A DNA stretch of 64,000 bases, from positions 1 through 64,000 of IMG/VR virus record IMGVR_UViG_3300028603_000001, one strand, 5' to 3'. The notes under the pieces were generated by a model. The model made no database searches. It was not told where the DNA came from and saw only the letters and a list, made by a program, of their open reading frames with translations. This document shows positions 27,895-38,011 of this stretch, in pieces. A program made the translations under genes and the position numbers. Every line of letters begins with the position of its first letter. Position 1 is the first letter of the stretch. The stretch is from a virus. Lineage: Duplodnaviria; Caudoviricetes.

Positions 27895-30102
27895 TTAATC
27901 AGTAAAATTTGCTAATCTAAGTAATGATTCATCAACGTCGTCATCTGTAAAGCTTTTTTGTTTAATTACATTTAACGCGTTACCTCTTGATTCATTAACT
28001 CTTACTGCGACTTGTCTATCTAGACTAAATGGTAATTTGCTAACATTTAGCTGATATTGTTTTAGATCTTCACATACTTGATCAACATCTTCCAGTGTAT
28101 AAGATTCTCCTAACTTACGTTTAATATCAGTTGAAGTTAATCCTAAAGTTTCAGATTTGATCTCAATGTATTTGTTAACTGCTTTATTTGCTAATTTACG
28201 ATAACTTTCTTTTATATTAGTCATCTTATTAACATTTTCAGTTAAAGCTTTGATCTTACTTTCAGTTTGACTTTTACTTTCATTTAGTTGATTATTTAAA
28301 GCAGTAATTTGTTTTGAGTACTCAGCCTTTGTTTCTTCTAACGATTCATTTAGTTTTTTAATTTCAGCTGTTTTTGCGACTACATCTTCAGTAAGCTTAC
28401 TCTTTTCAACCATACTGTTACTACTTTCTGCTAATCTCGCAATTCTTACTTTTTGTGTTTGAATCACAGCAGTTTTTTGTTTTAAAGACTCTTCCAATTC
28501 AGACATTTTCTCTTTTAAATCTTTTGATGATTTAGCTAATAGTGATAATCTAGCAACGGCTTCTTTATACTTGTTGCATTCTTCATTGATTTCATTAACT
28601 TTAGCATCGCTAACTGCTAATTTCTCTTGAAGAGATTTCACATTATTTTCCAAATCAGATTTAATTTTAAGAGTTTCCTTTAAGCTGTTTACTAGTGTTT
28701 TTGATCCATCATCAATAGCTTCTTCAACAGGTTCTTCAACTTCATTGGTTTCATCTTGGTCAACATCTATTTCTTCTTCAGGAGTTTCCTCCTCTTTAGA
28801 AGCATCATTATCAACAGATTCTTCATCTGTTTCATCATTTTCAGGTGTGTCTTCATCACCTTCTATTTCTATATTTAATAATTTACATACTTTTCTAACT
28901 TGATCTTCTTCAAAATTGCTCGCTAAGAAATCTAAAAATATTTGTTCTTCATCAATTTCACATTCTTCGCTATCAACTTCTTCTTCTTTATCTTCCACTT
29001 CTTCTTCTTTATCTTCCACTTCTTCTTCAGGGGCATCAATTTCTTCTTCAGGTTCTTCAAGAGATAAATCACTCAAGCTTAATTCGTTTTCTTCTTCGGA
29101 GATTTTTTCTTTTTCAAGATCTAAATCGCTGTCTTTATCTTCTATTAAAGATTCATCAATTAATTCAACGTCATTTAGGGTAACTAGAATATTAACACCT
29201 ACATTTTTATCATAGACATCAAAAGGACCATATATTGTTCCATCTGATTTTATTCCAAAACATACAGATTTATCACCTTTTTTATAGACATATAAATCCA
29301 TATTTTTATTAAACATTTCAAAATATTTTTCGCCTACATTAACACCTAAAGAATCATCTGAACCAAAAATCCACTTAGCACCTAATTCTTTTGTAATTTC
29401 AGATGCTTGTTCTGCAGAAGTTAATTTAATGCAATCAGATAATTTAATCTCTGGTCTAATTTCTTCTGTTAGATTTAATGTTTCTATTGTTTCTATCATT
29501 ACTTTTCTTTCACTTTCATTTGCGTTTTTTAGTGACTCTGCTAAAACTGATTTCAGGTTTAATTTTTTATTCGGTTTATAATCTTCTGTTACATATTTTA
29601 ATCTTGCAGCTTCAACTCCAGGGACGATTACAGCATCAAAACACTCACATTCATAAGTATTTGGATCAACACTATTATCAAACTCATCAACATCACCTTG
29701 ACCTCTAGAGCTTATTCCTATCTTACATCCATAATCACATAAAGCTTTTAAAATCTTCCCATTTGGTGTGTTTAATATATCAAAAACAGCATACAACTTT
29801 CCATCAGCTCCTTTTTTAGGGAACTCTGCTAAGTTAATAGCTATTTTTTCCATATCTACCGACGAGCGATCTTCTGGATGACCTAATTCACCGAAGCAAC
29901 ATTTATTCGCAATCTTTTCTTTCATAATAGGATTAGAAAAAACATTATCCCATAATTGTTCAACATATCTTCTATCATTTCTGGTAGGATTTTTAAAATC
30001 AGCGCATGGCCCAATTAATCTTCCTAAAATCCCGCGAGTTTTTTGTTCTTCTTCAGTAAGCTTTCTATATTCGAATTCTTTGCCTTGTAATTTCTCTAGC
30101 AT
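27895..30102 (-). CDS. Prohead protease (T4 gp21-like) fused to acidic/coiled-coil scaffold
   Basis: NRY..LW, FGELGHP, ILNTPNG, GISSRGQG, FDAV..PG; long coiled coil. Confidence 0.9.
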   Translation of the reverse strand: MLEKLQGKEFEYRKLTEEEQKTRGILGRLIGPCADFKNPTRNDRRYVEQLWDNVFSNPIMKEKIANKCCFGELGHPEDRSSVDMEKIAINLAEFPKKGADGKLYAVFDILNTPNGKILKALCDYGCKIGISSRGQGDVDEFDNSVDPNTYECECFDAVIVPGVEAARLKYVTEDYKPNKKLNLKSVLAESLKNANESERKVMIETIETLNLTEEIRPEIKLSDCIKLTSAEQASEITKELGAKWIFGSDDSLGVNVGEKYFEMFNKNMDLYVYKKGDKSVCFGIKSDGTIYGPFDVYDKNVGVNILVTLNDVELIDESLIEDKDSDLDLEKEKISEEENELSLSDLSLEEPEEEIDAPEEEVEDKEEEVEDKEEEVDSEECEIDEEQIFLDFLASNFEEDQVRKVCKLLNIEIEGDEDTPENDETDEESVDNDASKEEETPEEEIDVDQDETNEVEEPVEEAIDDGSKTLVNSLKETLKIKSDLENNVKSLQEKLAVSDAKVNEINEECNKYKEAVARLSLLAKSSKDLKEKMSELEESLKQKTAVIQTQKVRIARLAESSNSMVEKSKLTEDVVAKTAEIKKLNESLEETKAEYSKQITALNNQLNESKSQTESKIKALTENVNKMTNIKESYRKLANKAVNKYIEIKSETLGLTSTDIKRKLGESYTLEDVDQVCEDLKQYQLNVSKLPFSLDRQVAVRVNESRGNALNVIKQKSFTDDDVDESLLRLANFTD

Positions 30103-30161
30103 TTTTTTCCTCCATTTTTTAACTTACTAACTAATTTTTAAATACAAAATCTTTATCATTT

Positions 30162-30170
30162 AATTTAGCA
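30162..30170 (-). promoter_or_regulatory. Putative late promoter TGCTAAATT
   Basis: Recurring motif upstream of protease/capsid. Confidence 0.7.
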
Positions 30171-30187
30171 TACAAAGATACTATGAT

Positions 30188-31519
30188 TTAACTAGAAAAA
30201 CTGGTGAAATCTATAATATCAGCTAATTCTGCATCCATTTCTTTTTTATTTGCAGCTGCTATATTTGCTTTTTTTGTAGCTGTTCGAGGTCGTAAAGTAG
30301 CAATTAGTTCTTCTGCTTTTTTTATTTCTTGCTCTATATTTGATATTACTGTTAAATGATTATCAATTTCTTTTTTTCTATAATCTTCAAGGTCAGATAA
30401 TACTTTCTGCAATTCACTTGAGTTCAAATCATTATTACTATCAGCTTTTACTTCACCATCTGTGATACGCTGATCATCTACTCTTTTAGCATCATTTTCA
30501 AGATCATCAATTGCTTTTTTAAGTTTATATTTTAAGTTGCTATGTGTGTTCCTATAATCGTTTTCAGGTGCAACTGATGTTAAGAGTTCTTCTAATCTTT
30601 TCTTTAAATTATAAGCATGCGTTAAAGCTGTTTGAATTTTACTAGCATACTCCTTTATTTTCTGGTTGAATTTATAAACACTTAGCGGTATCTCTTTAAT
30701 TTTTCGAATATTTTTAATTCGATATGCTTCTAATGCATCGTTATATTCTTTTAATGCTTGTTTCTTAATATTTTCAAGCCTGTCTTTAATTAAATTATAC
30801 TCTTCTTCATCATATAAATCTTTTTCTGACTCTAATTTTCTAACTGCTTTCCTTGCTAAATCGTACGCATTATATAATATTTTCCGTTCATCACGCCATT
30901 GATGTGCTCCTGTGTCTGGTATTTCTTGAACGGAATAAGATTTGCCGTAGAAGAAATTATCATAAGGTTTATGTGGATTATAACCACTATCACCTGGTCT
31001 CAGTGGTTCAAAGAAACGTATCTCACTATTTCTGTTAGCGCGATCTTGCCATTTTTCTCGGGATATTAATTGATCATACTCATCAGTCCAATATATTTTT
31101 TCAGCTGCTTGTATGACTTTTATCCATGGAGCATAACCAACATTTTTATAATCTACACCTCCTAAAGTGATAGGTTCCAAAGAGCGGTAAATAGCATAGA
31201 TAGATCCATTGTTCCTTACTTCATATTCAACTAAATTGCCTTCAAAAATAATTCTTAAATTTTGTATCTCTTCTTTGTTATTTCTAACCATTCTAATAGC
31301 TTCTTCTGGAGAAATAACTTTATATTTAGCTTTTCCGTAATCATATGTAGCAAATCTTCTATTACGTGCAGAGCCAACTTCGCTGTGATATGTATCTGGA
31401 TTTTTATGTGAACTATATGGTTGTGTGTTACGGTAGAGCTTAACAAGGTCGCGAGGGATGTTTTCATCTAAAAAAGCTTCGTCTATATATAAAGTATCAT
31501 GTTTTTTATTAATAAGCAT
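30188..31519 (-). CDS. Hypothetical protein, probably virion-associated
   Basis: In head module; N-terminal IDEAFLDE. Confidence 0.7.
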   Translation of the reverse strand: MLINKKHDTLYIDEAFLDENIPRDLVKLYRNTQPYSSHKNPDTYHSEVGSARNRRFATYDYGKAKYKVISPEEAIRMVRNNKEEIQNLRIIFEGNLVEYEVRNNGSIYAIYRSLEPITLGGVDYKNVGYAPWIKVIQAAEKIYWTDEYDQLISREKWQDRANRNSEIRFFEPLRPGDSGYNPHKPYDNFFYGKSYSVQEIPDTGAHQWRDERKILYNAYDLARKAVRKLESEKDLYDEEEYNLIKDRLENIKKQALKEYNDALEAYRIKNIRKIKEIPLSVYKFNQKIKEYASKIQTALTHAYNLKKRLEELLTSVAPENDYRNTHSNLKYKLKKAIDDLENDAKRVDDQRITDGEVKADSNNDLNSSELQKVLSDLEDYRKKEIDNHLTVISNIEQEIKKAEELIATLRPRTATKKANIAAANKKEMDAELADIIDFTSFSS

Positions 31520-31540
31520 AAAATATTTTCCTCTTTACTT

Positions 31541-33136
31541 TCATTGATTAACAGTTATTAATTGAACATGCGAAGATATCCAATCTTTATCTATAATATC
31601 AAACTTAATTTTTGAAGCACGCGCCCTATTTATTTTTAATTTGCATTTATTTCTAGCAAAAGCTCTTGTTCTTATCTCTTTAACATTATCAGGAATTCTT
31701 ATAGATCCTGTTAATTGTAAGCAATTCATAAAAGCTTGTTTTCCTATAATCTCTAAAGATTCTGGTAATTTTAAATCTTTTAATTTCACACAATTAATAA
31801 AAGCTTGAGCACCAATTTCTACAACTCCCTCCTCAAACGTAACTTTCTCTAAAGCGATAAAATTAGCGCATATGCTGCTAGGAATCTTATTAATTTTAAA
31901 TATAACTTCATTACACACGTTTTCAAGGTTACTTACTATTAAAAGTGAGGCTTTTTCTATACTATCAACGACAAAGGGTTCTTTTGCATATTTAGACGCC
32001 AGTTCAACTTCTTTTATTACAGCTAATTTGTCAAATGGATCTTTATTTTTTATTGCATTAAATATATCTAAATGAGCGGTTAGAAAATTTTTAAATGATT
32101 CTTCTGCAGAATCTCCGGGAAATGTTCGATCATCATTACCATCTAGAAACTCTAGAACAGAATTATTCCTAATTTGAACTTGCCAATTAAATGTCCTATT
32201 TTGTGAGCCTCTGTTCTTTGTTTTATGCATAAAACAAAACAATCTTCCGCGTCCGTTTGTATATCTTCTCCAATACATATCTGAATCAGGATCTCCAGTG
32301 CACCATTTCATATTATTTGAGGTAGAGCGCCCACCACTTATAGCTACAGAAGCTGCGTGAGATAATGGTTCAATTATATCATACTCTAATGTTGATCCAA
32401 TTAGTTTAAAGCTATCTTTAACAGCAAATCCAGTTTCTTCATCAATTTCTTCATTCTCTTTAAGTTCTGTAACTAAATTAGACTCAGGTCCAGATGACAT
32501 ATAATCAACAAATTCTGCAACTGATTTATATGAAGTTAATTGCTGTTTTTCTTTAGGTAAAGTATTTTTAATCTCATAATAATTTTTGCAAGCTTTTGCT
32601 ACTTCTTGTTTATTGTTTAGTATATTTTCTTTTTTTCTATAAGCACCTAAAAGCAGATTCTTTGCTATTTCTCCTATTGATGTTTTTGTTGTTTTTTCAT
32701 CTAAAGAGATAATCGCATCAAAATCTTCTCTAGAAATATCTGTGTAGTATTTATCATATATCTGTGTTATAGGATCTACTTCTTTATCATCTAAATCTAC
32801 CTGTGCTGTATCTGGGTTTTCTACATAGGTTATAAAATCAGCAACTGATCTATAGCTTGTTACTTTTGGGTACTTAGCGATATTGCTATAGAATTTTTCT
32901 AAAGCTTTTTCTAATCGGTTAAGATCACTCATAAAATCTTTTTCACCATCTCTATATTTTGGTAATATTAGCTGTTTTGTAACAAACCCCATAGATCTAA
33001 CTTCATCACCACTATATGTTGTTTTTGGATCTGTTTTTACGATGGCATCAAAAGTTTCTCTGTCGATCATGGACCAGTTCCTGTTATATTCATCATCTAT
33101 CTTTGCTTCATTTAAAATATCTAGTAAAGTTATCAT
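31541..33136 (-). CDS. Repeat, KWC-motif domain and BspA-type LRR protein
   Basis: Two ~100-aa N-terminal repeats; KWCT; VEIGAQAF..C..L...LP.SL..IGKQAF. Confidence 0.8.
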   Translation of the reverse strand: MITLLDILNEAKIDDEYNRNWSMIDRETFDAIVKTDPKTTYSGDEVRSMGFVTKQLILPKYRDGEKDFMSDLNRLEKALEKFYSNIAKYPKVTSYRSVADFITYVENPDTAQVDLDDKEVDPITQIYDKYYTDISREDFDAIISLDEKTTKTSIGEIAKNLLLGAYRKKENILNNKQEVAKACKNYYEIKNTLPKEKQQLTSYKSVAEFVDYMSSGPESNLVTELKENEEIDEETGFAVKDSFKLIGSTLEYDIIEPLSHAASVAISGGRSTSNNMKWCTGDPDSDMYWRRYTNGRGRLFCFMHKTKNRGSQNRTFNWQVQIRNNSVLEFLDGNDDRTFPGDSAEESFKNFLTAHLDIFNAIKNKDPFDKLAVIKEVELASKYAKEPFVVDSIEKASLLIVSNLENVCNEVIFKINKIPSSICANFIALEKVTFEEGVVEIGAQAFINCVKLKDLKLPESLEIIGKQAFMNCLQLTGSIRIPDNVKEIRTRAFARNKCKLKINRARASKIKFDIIDKDWISSHVQLITVNQ

Positions 33137-33147
33137 ATAATTTCTCC

Positions 33148-34242
33148 TTAATTATATTTGGAATTATGTATGGAATTATATCTGGCTCCATTTTGTAATG
33201 TCCCGTAGAATATATTTTTTCCTATTTTGCAATCTAATGGAATTTTTATTTTTTCCTTTAAATTCATGAGTGCAAAAGCTCCTTTTCCTATTTCTTTTAT
33301 TGAATCAGGTAAATATATTTTATCTATGTTTGGATTAGCATAAAAAGCAAATTGAGCTATCTTAGTAACAGGTATGTTATCTATAGTGCTTGGTATGGTT
33401 AACGTCCCCTCGAAAGATGGGTTTATTCCTAGAATCGCTATTCCTTCTCTTTCTTTTCTGTATTTTAAATTTCTAATTAATGCTTGACGCTCTTGCTCAA
33501 TTCTTCTGTTTTCATCTTCTTCAGCTTCTTTTTTTCGCCTAGTGATCTCATCTTGATGGATATAAGTTATTTTTTCTAACTCTTTCCCATGCCAAGAATC
33601 ATGCCAACCACTTGGTTTTTCAATCCAATCTACACTAATAGATTGAACATTGCTAAAAGCATTTTCAGGTACAGTTTTAACATCTTCACCTATTTTAAGA
33701 TTAATAACAGTCATAAAATCAAAAGCTCCCTTTTTAATAGCTGTTATCTGCGGAAACTTTGTTAGATCTAGGTCTGTAATTATGTCATCAGCTGTTAGTT
33801 GGGGTAACACTGCTTCTAGAACATTATTTCTAATTATTAAATTACCGATAGCGCCATCAACCTTGATATTGGGAATCAAGAATAAAGGAATTATTTCTTT
33901 TTGCGGGTGAGCTTCAAAAAGAAAATTGGTATAAAGTTCTACCTCTCCTTCGCTGCTTTTTATAGTTATTCTAGATGAAGCTTGGGAAATACTGACTGCT
34001 CCAGCATATACGTTTCGAGTATTTTCTTTTGCGAAAAAATATAGTTTTTGGTGTTCATTTATATTAGAATTAAATGTAGCTTCATTTCGAACATATGCTT
34101 GACCAGCTCGCGTATCTGAATTACCATTAAAAAATTCTTGTGCTGCTTCGTAAGTTAAGATATCAAATAGATCATACCCTTTAGCTGTTCCTATATGGAT
34201 AGCATTTTCAATATTTACCGCTTCTTTTAAATTTTTAGGCAT
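33148..34242 (-). CDS. BspA-type LRR protein
   Basis: LTIPSTIDNIPVTKIAQFAF...LPDSIKEIGKGAF. Confidence 0.8.
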   Translation of the reverse strand: MPKNLKEAVNIENAIHIGTAKGYDLFDILTYEAAQEFFNGNSDTRAGQAYVRNEATFNSNINEHQKLYFFAKENTRNVYAGAVSISQASSRITIKSSEGEVELYTNFLFEAHPQKEIIPLFLIPNIKVDGAIGNLIIRNNVLEAVLPQLTADDIITDLDLTKFPQITAIKKGAFDFMTVINLKIGEDVKTVPENAFSNVQSISVDWIEKPSGWHDSWHGKELEKITYIHQDEITRRKKEAEEDENRRIEQERQALIRNLKYRKEREGIAILGINPSFEGTLTIPSTIDNIPVTKIAQFAFYANPNIDKIYLPDSIKEIGKGAFALMNLKEKIKIPLDCKIGKNIFYGTLQNGARYNSIHNSKYN

Positions 34243-34278
34243 AATATATCTCCTTGTATTTATAAATCATTATCATCT

Positions 34279-34287
34279 AATTTAGCA
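34279..34287 (-). promoter_or_regulatory. Putative late promoter TGCTAAATT
   Basis: Recurring motif. Confidence 0.7.
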
Positions 34288-34288
34288 A

Positions 34289-34319
34289 AGAAGCTTTCAA
34301 CTATATATTGAAAGCTTCT
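34289..34319 (-). terminator. Hairpin / terminator
   Basis: 12-bp perfect inverted repeat AGAAGCTTTCAA/TTGAAAGCTTCT. Confidence 0.7.
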
Positions 34320-34336
34320 GTATTTAACAATATAAT

Positions 34337-35584
34337 TTAAAATAAAGATGTTCCTTTGTTTCCTATCATATAAATCTTCTTCAAATAGAAATTTAATGGC
34401 TGAGCAGCAGAAACGATCTCTCTTCCATCTGGACCTAACTTAACCCTATCTTCTCTTCCATTTAATAAATCATTTTGTCTTGAAGGAGTCAAATATTGAG
34501 CAACTTCCTGTTTTGTCGCTTCTTTTAATTCACCACCATCAATACTTATGAAATATTTATTTCTAGCTCTGCTATTTCTAGCTACTAATGGTACTAAAAC
34601 TAAGTCACCACTGGCTTTGCTTCTAAATAAGCTTCGATGTTCACCTGTATGTTCTAACCAAGAAGGTGTGGATCTCTTAGGCTCAATTTCAAACTCTGGA
34701 TTTTCTCTATAACTAGTCATTTGTTTATTATGAGCTTTTGTTTTTTTAGAATCTTGATATCTTTCTAAATAAAGTCCAGTTATTTCAGAACATTTAACAA
34801 TTTGAACTGTTGGGTTAGCTTCTCCTGTGGTTTTATCTATATGATCTCTGCTTCCCTCTTTAAATTTACTAGCAACAGGAATTTCAGTTACAAATCCGAT
34901 AGTGAATGTTAGTGATGCTGGGCCTCTATCTTTTGTTGCTTTTGGTACTGAGTCGATAAAATCTAAAATTTCTTTCTCATCTAGTATTTCTACAGGTGAT
35001 GGAAAATCAATATTCTCTGTTAAAGATTCAGTTACTGATAGTGTTCCTAGATAAAAAGGTGAAACAGGTAAGTCGTCTAAATCTTCCTCATTTTCAATAG
35101 CTATCTTCTCTTTATACTTATCAGGAATAAGGTCAAAATATACTGGCTCTCCTTGTGGAACAATAATATTAAAATATACTATATCACCTTGTCGTGTCTT
35201 AAAATATTGAAGGCCATATTTCTCGGCAACTCTTTTAGCTTCTGCGAAAAAAGTATCTTCTTTTATATTCTTTGGATCTCTGATTCCAGTCTTATCATAT
35301 CTAACCTTTATAATACTGTCAGAATATTTTGTTCTTCCTAGTTTTGTTGCTATCTGATCTGGGTTATATTTTCCTTTTTTACCATCGTTACAAATAGCAA
35401 ACATTTCATTATCACCAACATCAACTAATGTGCAATAAACTTGGTCCCATAAATCTTCTAATTTTTTAAGTTTTGGGCGAGCTGCTGTAACGCTTTCAAC
35501 TACGCCTCTTTTATGTTTACGATTGCGCATTTTATTCGTATCGCTAATTCGTAATTTTCTCATTGCTTCTTGAATTGAATCCAT
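34337..35584 (-). CDS. Two-domain hypothetical protein, probably virion-internal
   Basis: MDSIQEAMRKLR N-terminus; VTESLTE linker; late motif at 35619. Confidence 0.7.
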   Translation of the reverse strand: MDSIQEAMRKLRISDTNKMRNRKHKRGVVESVTAARPKLKKLEDLWDQVYCTLVDVGDNEMFAICNDGKKGKYNPDQIATKLGRTKYSDSIIKVRYDKTGIRDPKNIKEDTFFAEAKRVAEKYGLQYFKTRQGDIVYFNIIVPQGEPVYFDLIPDKYKEKIAIENEEDLDDLPVSPFYLGTLSVTESLTENIDFPSPVEILDEKEILDFIDSVPKATKDRGPASLTFTIGFVTEIPVASKFKEGSRDHIDKTTGEANPTVQIVKCSEITGLYLERYQDSKKTKAHNKQMTSYRENPEFEIEPKRSTPSWLEHTGEHRSLFRSKASGDLVLVPLVARNSRARNKYFISIDGGELKEATKQEVAQYLTPSRQNDLLNGREDRVKLGPDGREIVSAAQPLNFYLKKIYMIGNKGTSLF

Positions 35585-35618
35585 ACTTATCTCCTTTTGT
35601 TATAATTATATTACAAAT

Positions 35619-35627
35619 AATTTAGCA
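35619..35627 (-). promoter_or_regulatory. Putative late promoter TGCTAAATT
   Basis: Recurring motif. Confidence 0.7.
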
Positions 35628-35633
35628 ATGAGA

Positions 35634-36095
35634 TTATCTATGACCACTTATATGTTCAAAAGCTACTAAATCTGCTTTTATAAGTTTTAATAATTTTAAA
35701 CACGGGATTAGATCATAAGTTTTATAATAAGTATTCAGCACTCTAGTTATTTCTTCTGCTCTACTGTGTTTTAAAAACATCTTATTATCATCTAATTTTT
35801 TAGCAAAAAGTAAAATTTGTAAATTTAAAGATGATAAAGTTATTAAAGCTTCAATTGGATTAGTTAATTCTTCTTTTACTAGATTAATATATAAATTAGA
35901 TCTTTTTTTGTTATAATTTTTGCGTAATAATTCATAAAAAACTGATACATCAAATTGCCGATTATCATTTATATATTTTAATACATCATATGGAATTACT
36001 TCTGATTTTAGTAGTTTAGCTATATATGTATCAACATTTTTTCCGCTTTCTTCTATATCAGCAAGCAATAATACTAAATCGTTTTTTGTTAGCAT
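35634..36095 (-). CDS. Hypothetical protein downstream of portal
   Basis: ORF with SD. Confidence 0.75.
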   Translation of the reverse strand: MLTKNDLVLLLADIEESGKNVDTYIAKLLKSEVIPYDVLKYINDNRQFDVSVFYELLRKNYNKKRSNLYINLVKEELTNPIEALITLSSLNLQILLFAKKLDDNKMFLKHSRAEEITRVLNTYYKTYDLIPCLKLLKLIKADLVAFEHISGHR

Positions 36096-36124
36096 TCTTT
36101 TGTTTTGTCCTTTCTTTTCAGATA

Positions 36125-38002
36125 TTAGTCTTCAATACTATCTAACCCTAGCTCTTCAGGAGTTGGAAGGTAAGAATCTTCTTCTTCATCTTCGGCTGTT
36201 TCATTTAAAAGGTCTTTAGTTTCTTCTTGATGGAAAGATTCTAATGGTGCTAGTTCTGCTTCAGGTTCAGATAAGTCTAATCCTGAATCTGATTCAAAAT
36301 CAATATCTTCTGAGTTGTTATCATCAGCTTTTTCATTATTTTCTTCTTCTTTAGCTTTTAATATATCAATATAATCATGAATATAACTAATTACTTCTGG
36401 GTTACCAATAACGTCTCCTAATAATGATTTAAGTATTTCTAATCTTATAATTTTATCTTCAATATCACTGAGTTGTTGCATTATATCACTAATATATCTT
36501 AGTCTATTATCATTATTAGCTCTTCTATCTAATTCTTCTTGTGTAACAGGTGCTTGCATTCTAACTCTAAACTTATTTACATAGCTATCTAAGCCTCTGT
36601 CGATTAAGAATAGGTTTATAACATCAATCATCATTTGGCATAAAATATTTTGAATATTTTTTATTGATTTACCATATCGGCTAGATAATATTGTCAAAGA
36701 TGTTCCACCGTTAAATCCAGCACCGTCATCTGTGAACCCAAAGAATTGTTTTGGAACTTTTAAATTACCGAATAATTTGTCTCTGAAATATTCAATATCA
36801 ACTAAAGATTTAGGATCAAAATCGCCACCAAGTGTTGTCGCACTTATTGTTCCCTGTGTTCCATGAACTGGTACATATATGGTATTTTCAATAGGTGCTG
36901 GGTTAGTATATTCAGCCATTCCTGTTCCTACATCTAAAGCAGTTTTTTGTTCTAGCTTATCTTTTAATCTTTGCATAAATACCTGAACTTGATTTTTAGG
37001 CATATCACCTACATCTACGGTAATTATACGTGTTACTGCTGATTTTGTAACTCGGTTTAGTAAAGCAGACATCTCGAGTAATGTTAGTTGTCGCCAATTT
37101 CTAAATGAATTATATAGAATTGATTGACCTCGTTTAACACTGTATGTGCTTGTCATACTATCACTTTTATTTTGAGCTTCTTCTGACAATGAGTCTAAAA
37201 ATATATCTACGGTTTCGGGTTGACGTTGACTAGTTGTTTCTAAACATCCATGAACAAAAGACATAGCATCAAATATCTCAACATCGCTTTGTTTCATCTT
37301 GTATCGCGTTATGTAATTAAACATATTATCATTATGTTGTTGAATAACTCGTGTTGCTGCTTTTATATATCCTTGTGTTTTACCAAATTTTTGTAAATCA
37401 AACATCTCTCCTGGATTATCAACCATTTGAATATAAGGAATGTATTTGTCATTATCTCCATATAATTTTAATTTAACCTCTTCTGTTAAAGGTTCATTGG
37501 TTTTACGAATAATAGATTCATTTAATTTATTCGTTTTAGGGTTATTTTTAAACAATAAATCTTCTTCAACATCGGATTTTCGGAATAAGCGTAAATAAAC
37601 ATCTCCATAGGTAACTAAACAATACGCCCATTGATATAGATGCTTATCAACATTTAATGATTCAAGTAACCATGAAGTATAATTTAAAACTCGAGCATCA
37701 TTAGCTTCTATCCACATTATATCACCATTATCATTTGTTTGCACAACATCTTCAGCATAAGTTTCAAGAACAGCAGCAATAATTGTGTCTTGAGTCATGG
37801 CGTCTATTAGTTGATAAGCTTGTTCTCTGTTTTGCGCACTTTGGGTTAATGCGTCTATAGATGATAAATCTAATGTTCCAACTTGCGCAGAATCAAGAAT
37901 ATTGTCTATAAATGTTTTCTCTGTATCAATACCAATTTCTGGGGTTGTTGCAGATATTGGTTTAACTTTAACTTCATTTAAATTAATTTTATTATCGTTC
38001 AT
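36125..38002 (-). CDS. Portal protein (T4 gp20-like)
   Basis: GQSIL...WRQL.LLE...R...VDVGDMP; DIEYFRDKLF..LKVPK; adjacent to terminase. Confidence 0.92.
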   Translation of the reverse strand: MNDNKINLNEVKVKPISATTPEIGIDTEKTFIDNILDSAQVGTLDLSSIDALTQSAQNREQAYQLIDAMTQDTIIAAVLETYAEDVVQTNDNGDIMWIEANDARVLNYTSWLLESLNVDKHLYQWAYCLVTYGDVYLRLFRKSDVEEDLLFKNNPKTNKLNESIIRKTNEPLTEEVKLKLYGDNDKYIPYIQMVDNPGEMFDLQKFGKTQGYIKAATRVIQQHNDNMFNYITRYKMKQSDVEIFDAMSFVHGCLETTSQRQPETVDIFLDSLSEEAQNKSDSMTSTYSVKRGQSILYNSFRNWRQLTLLEMSALLNRVTKSAVTRIITVDVGDMPKNQVQVFMQRLKDKLEQKTALDVGTGMAEYTNPAPIENTIYVPVHGTQGTISATTLGGDFDPKSLVDIEYFRDKLFGNLKVPKQFFGFTDDGAGFNGGTSLTILSSRYGKSIKNIQNILCQMMIDVINLFLIDRGLDSYVNKFRVRMQAPVTQEELDRRANNDNRLRYISDIMQQLSDIEDKIIRLEILKSLLGDVIGNPEVISYIHDYIDILKAKEEENNEKADDNNSEDIDFESDSGLDLSEPEAELAPLESFHQEETKDLLNETAEDEEEDSYLPTPEELGLDSIED

Positions 38003-38011
38003 ATTTCTCCT

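Noticed and set aside
28976-29030. 21-nt tandem repeat (EEVEDK) in the scaffold
   Set aside because: Ordinary low-complexity linker expansion
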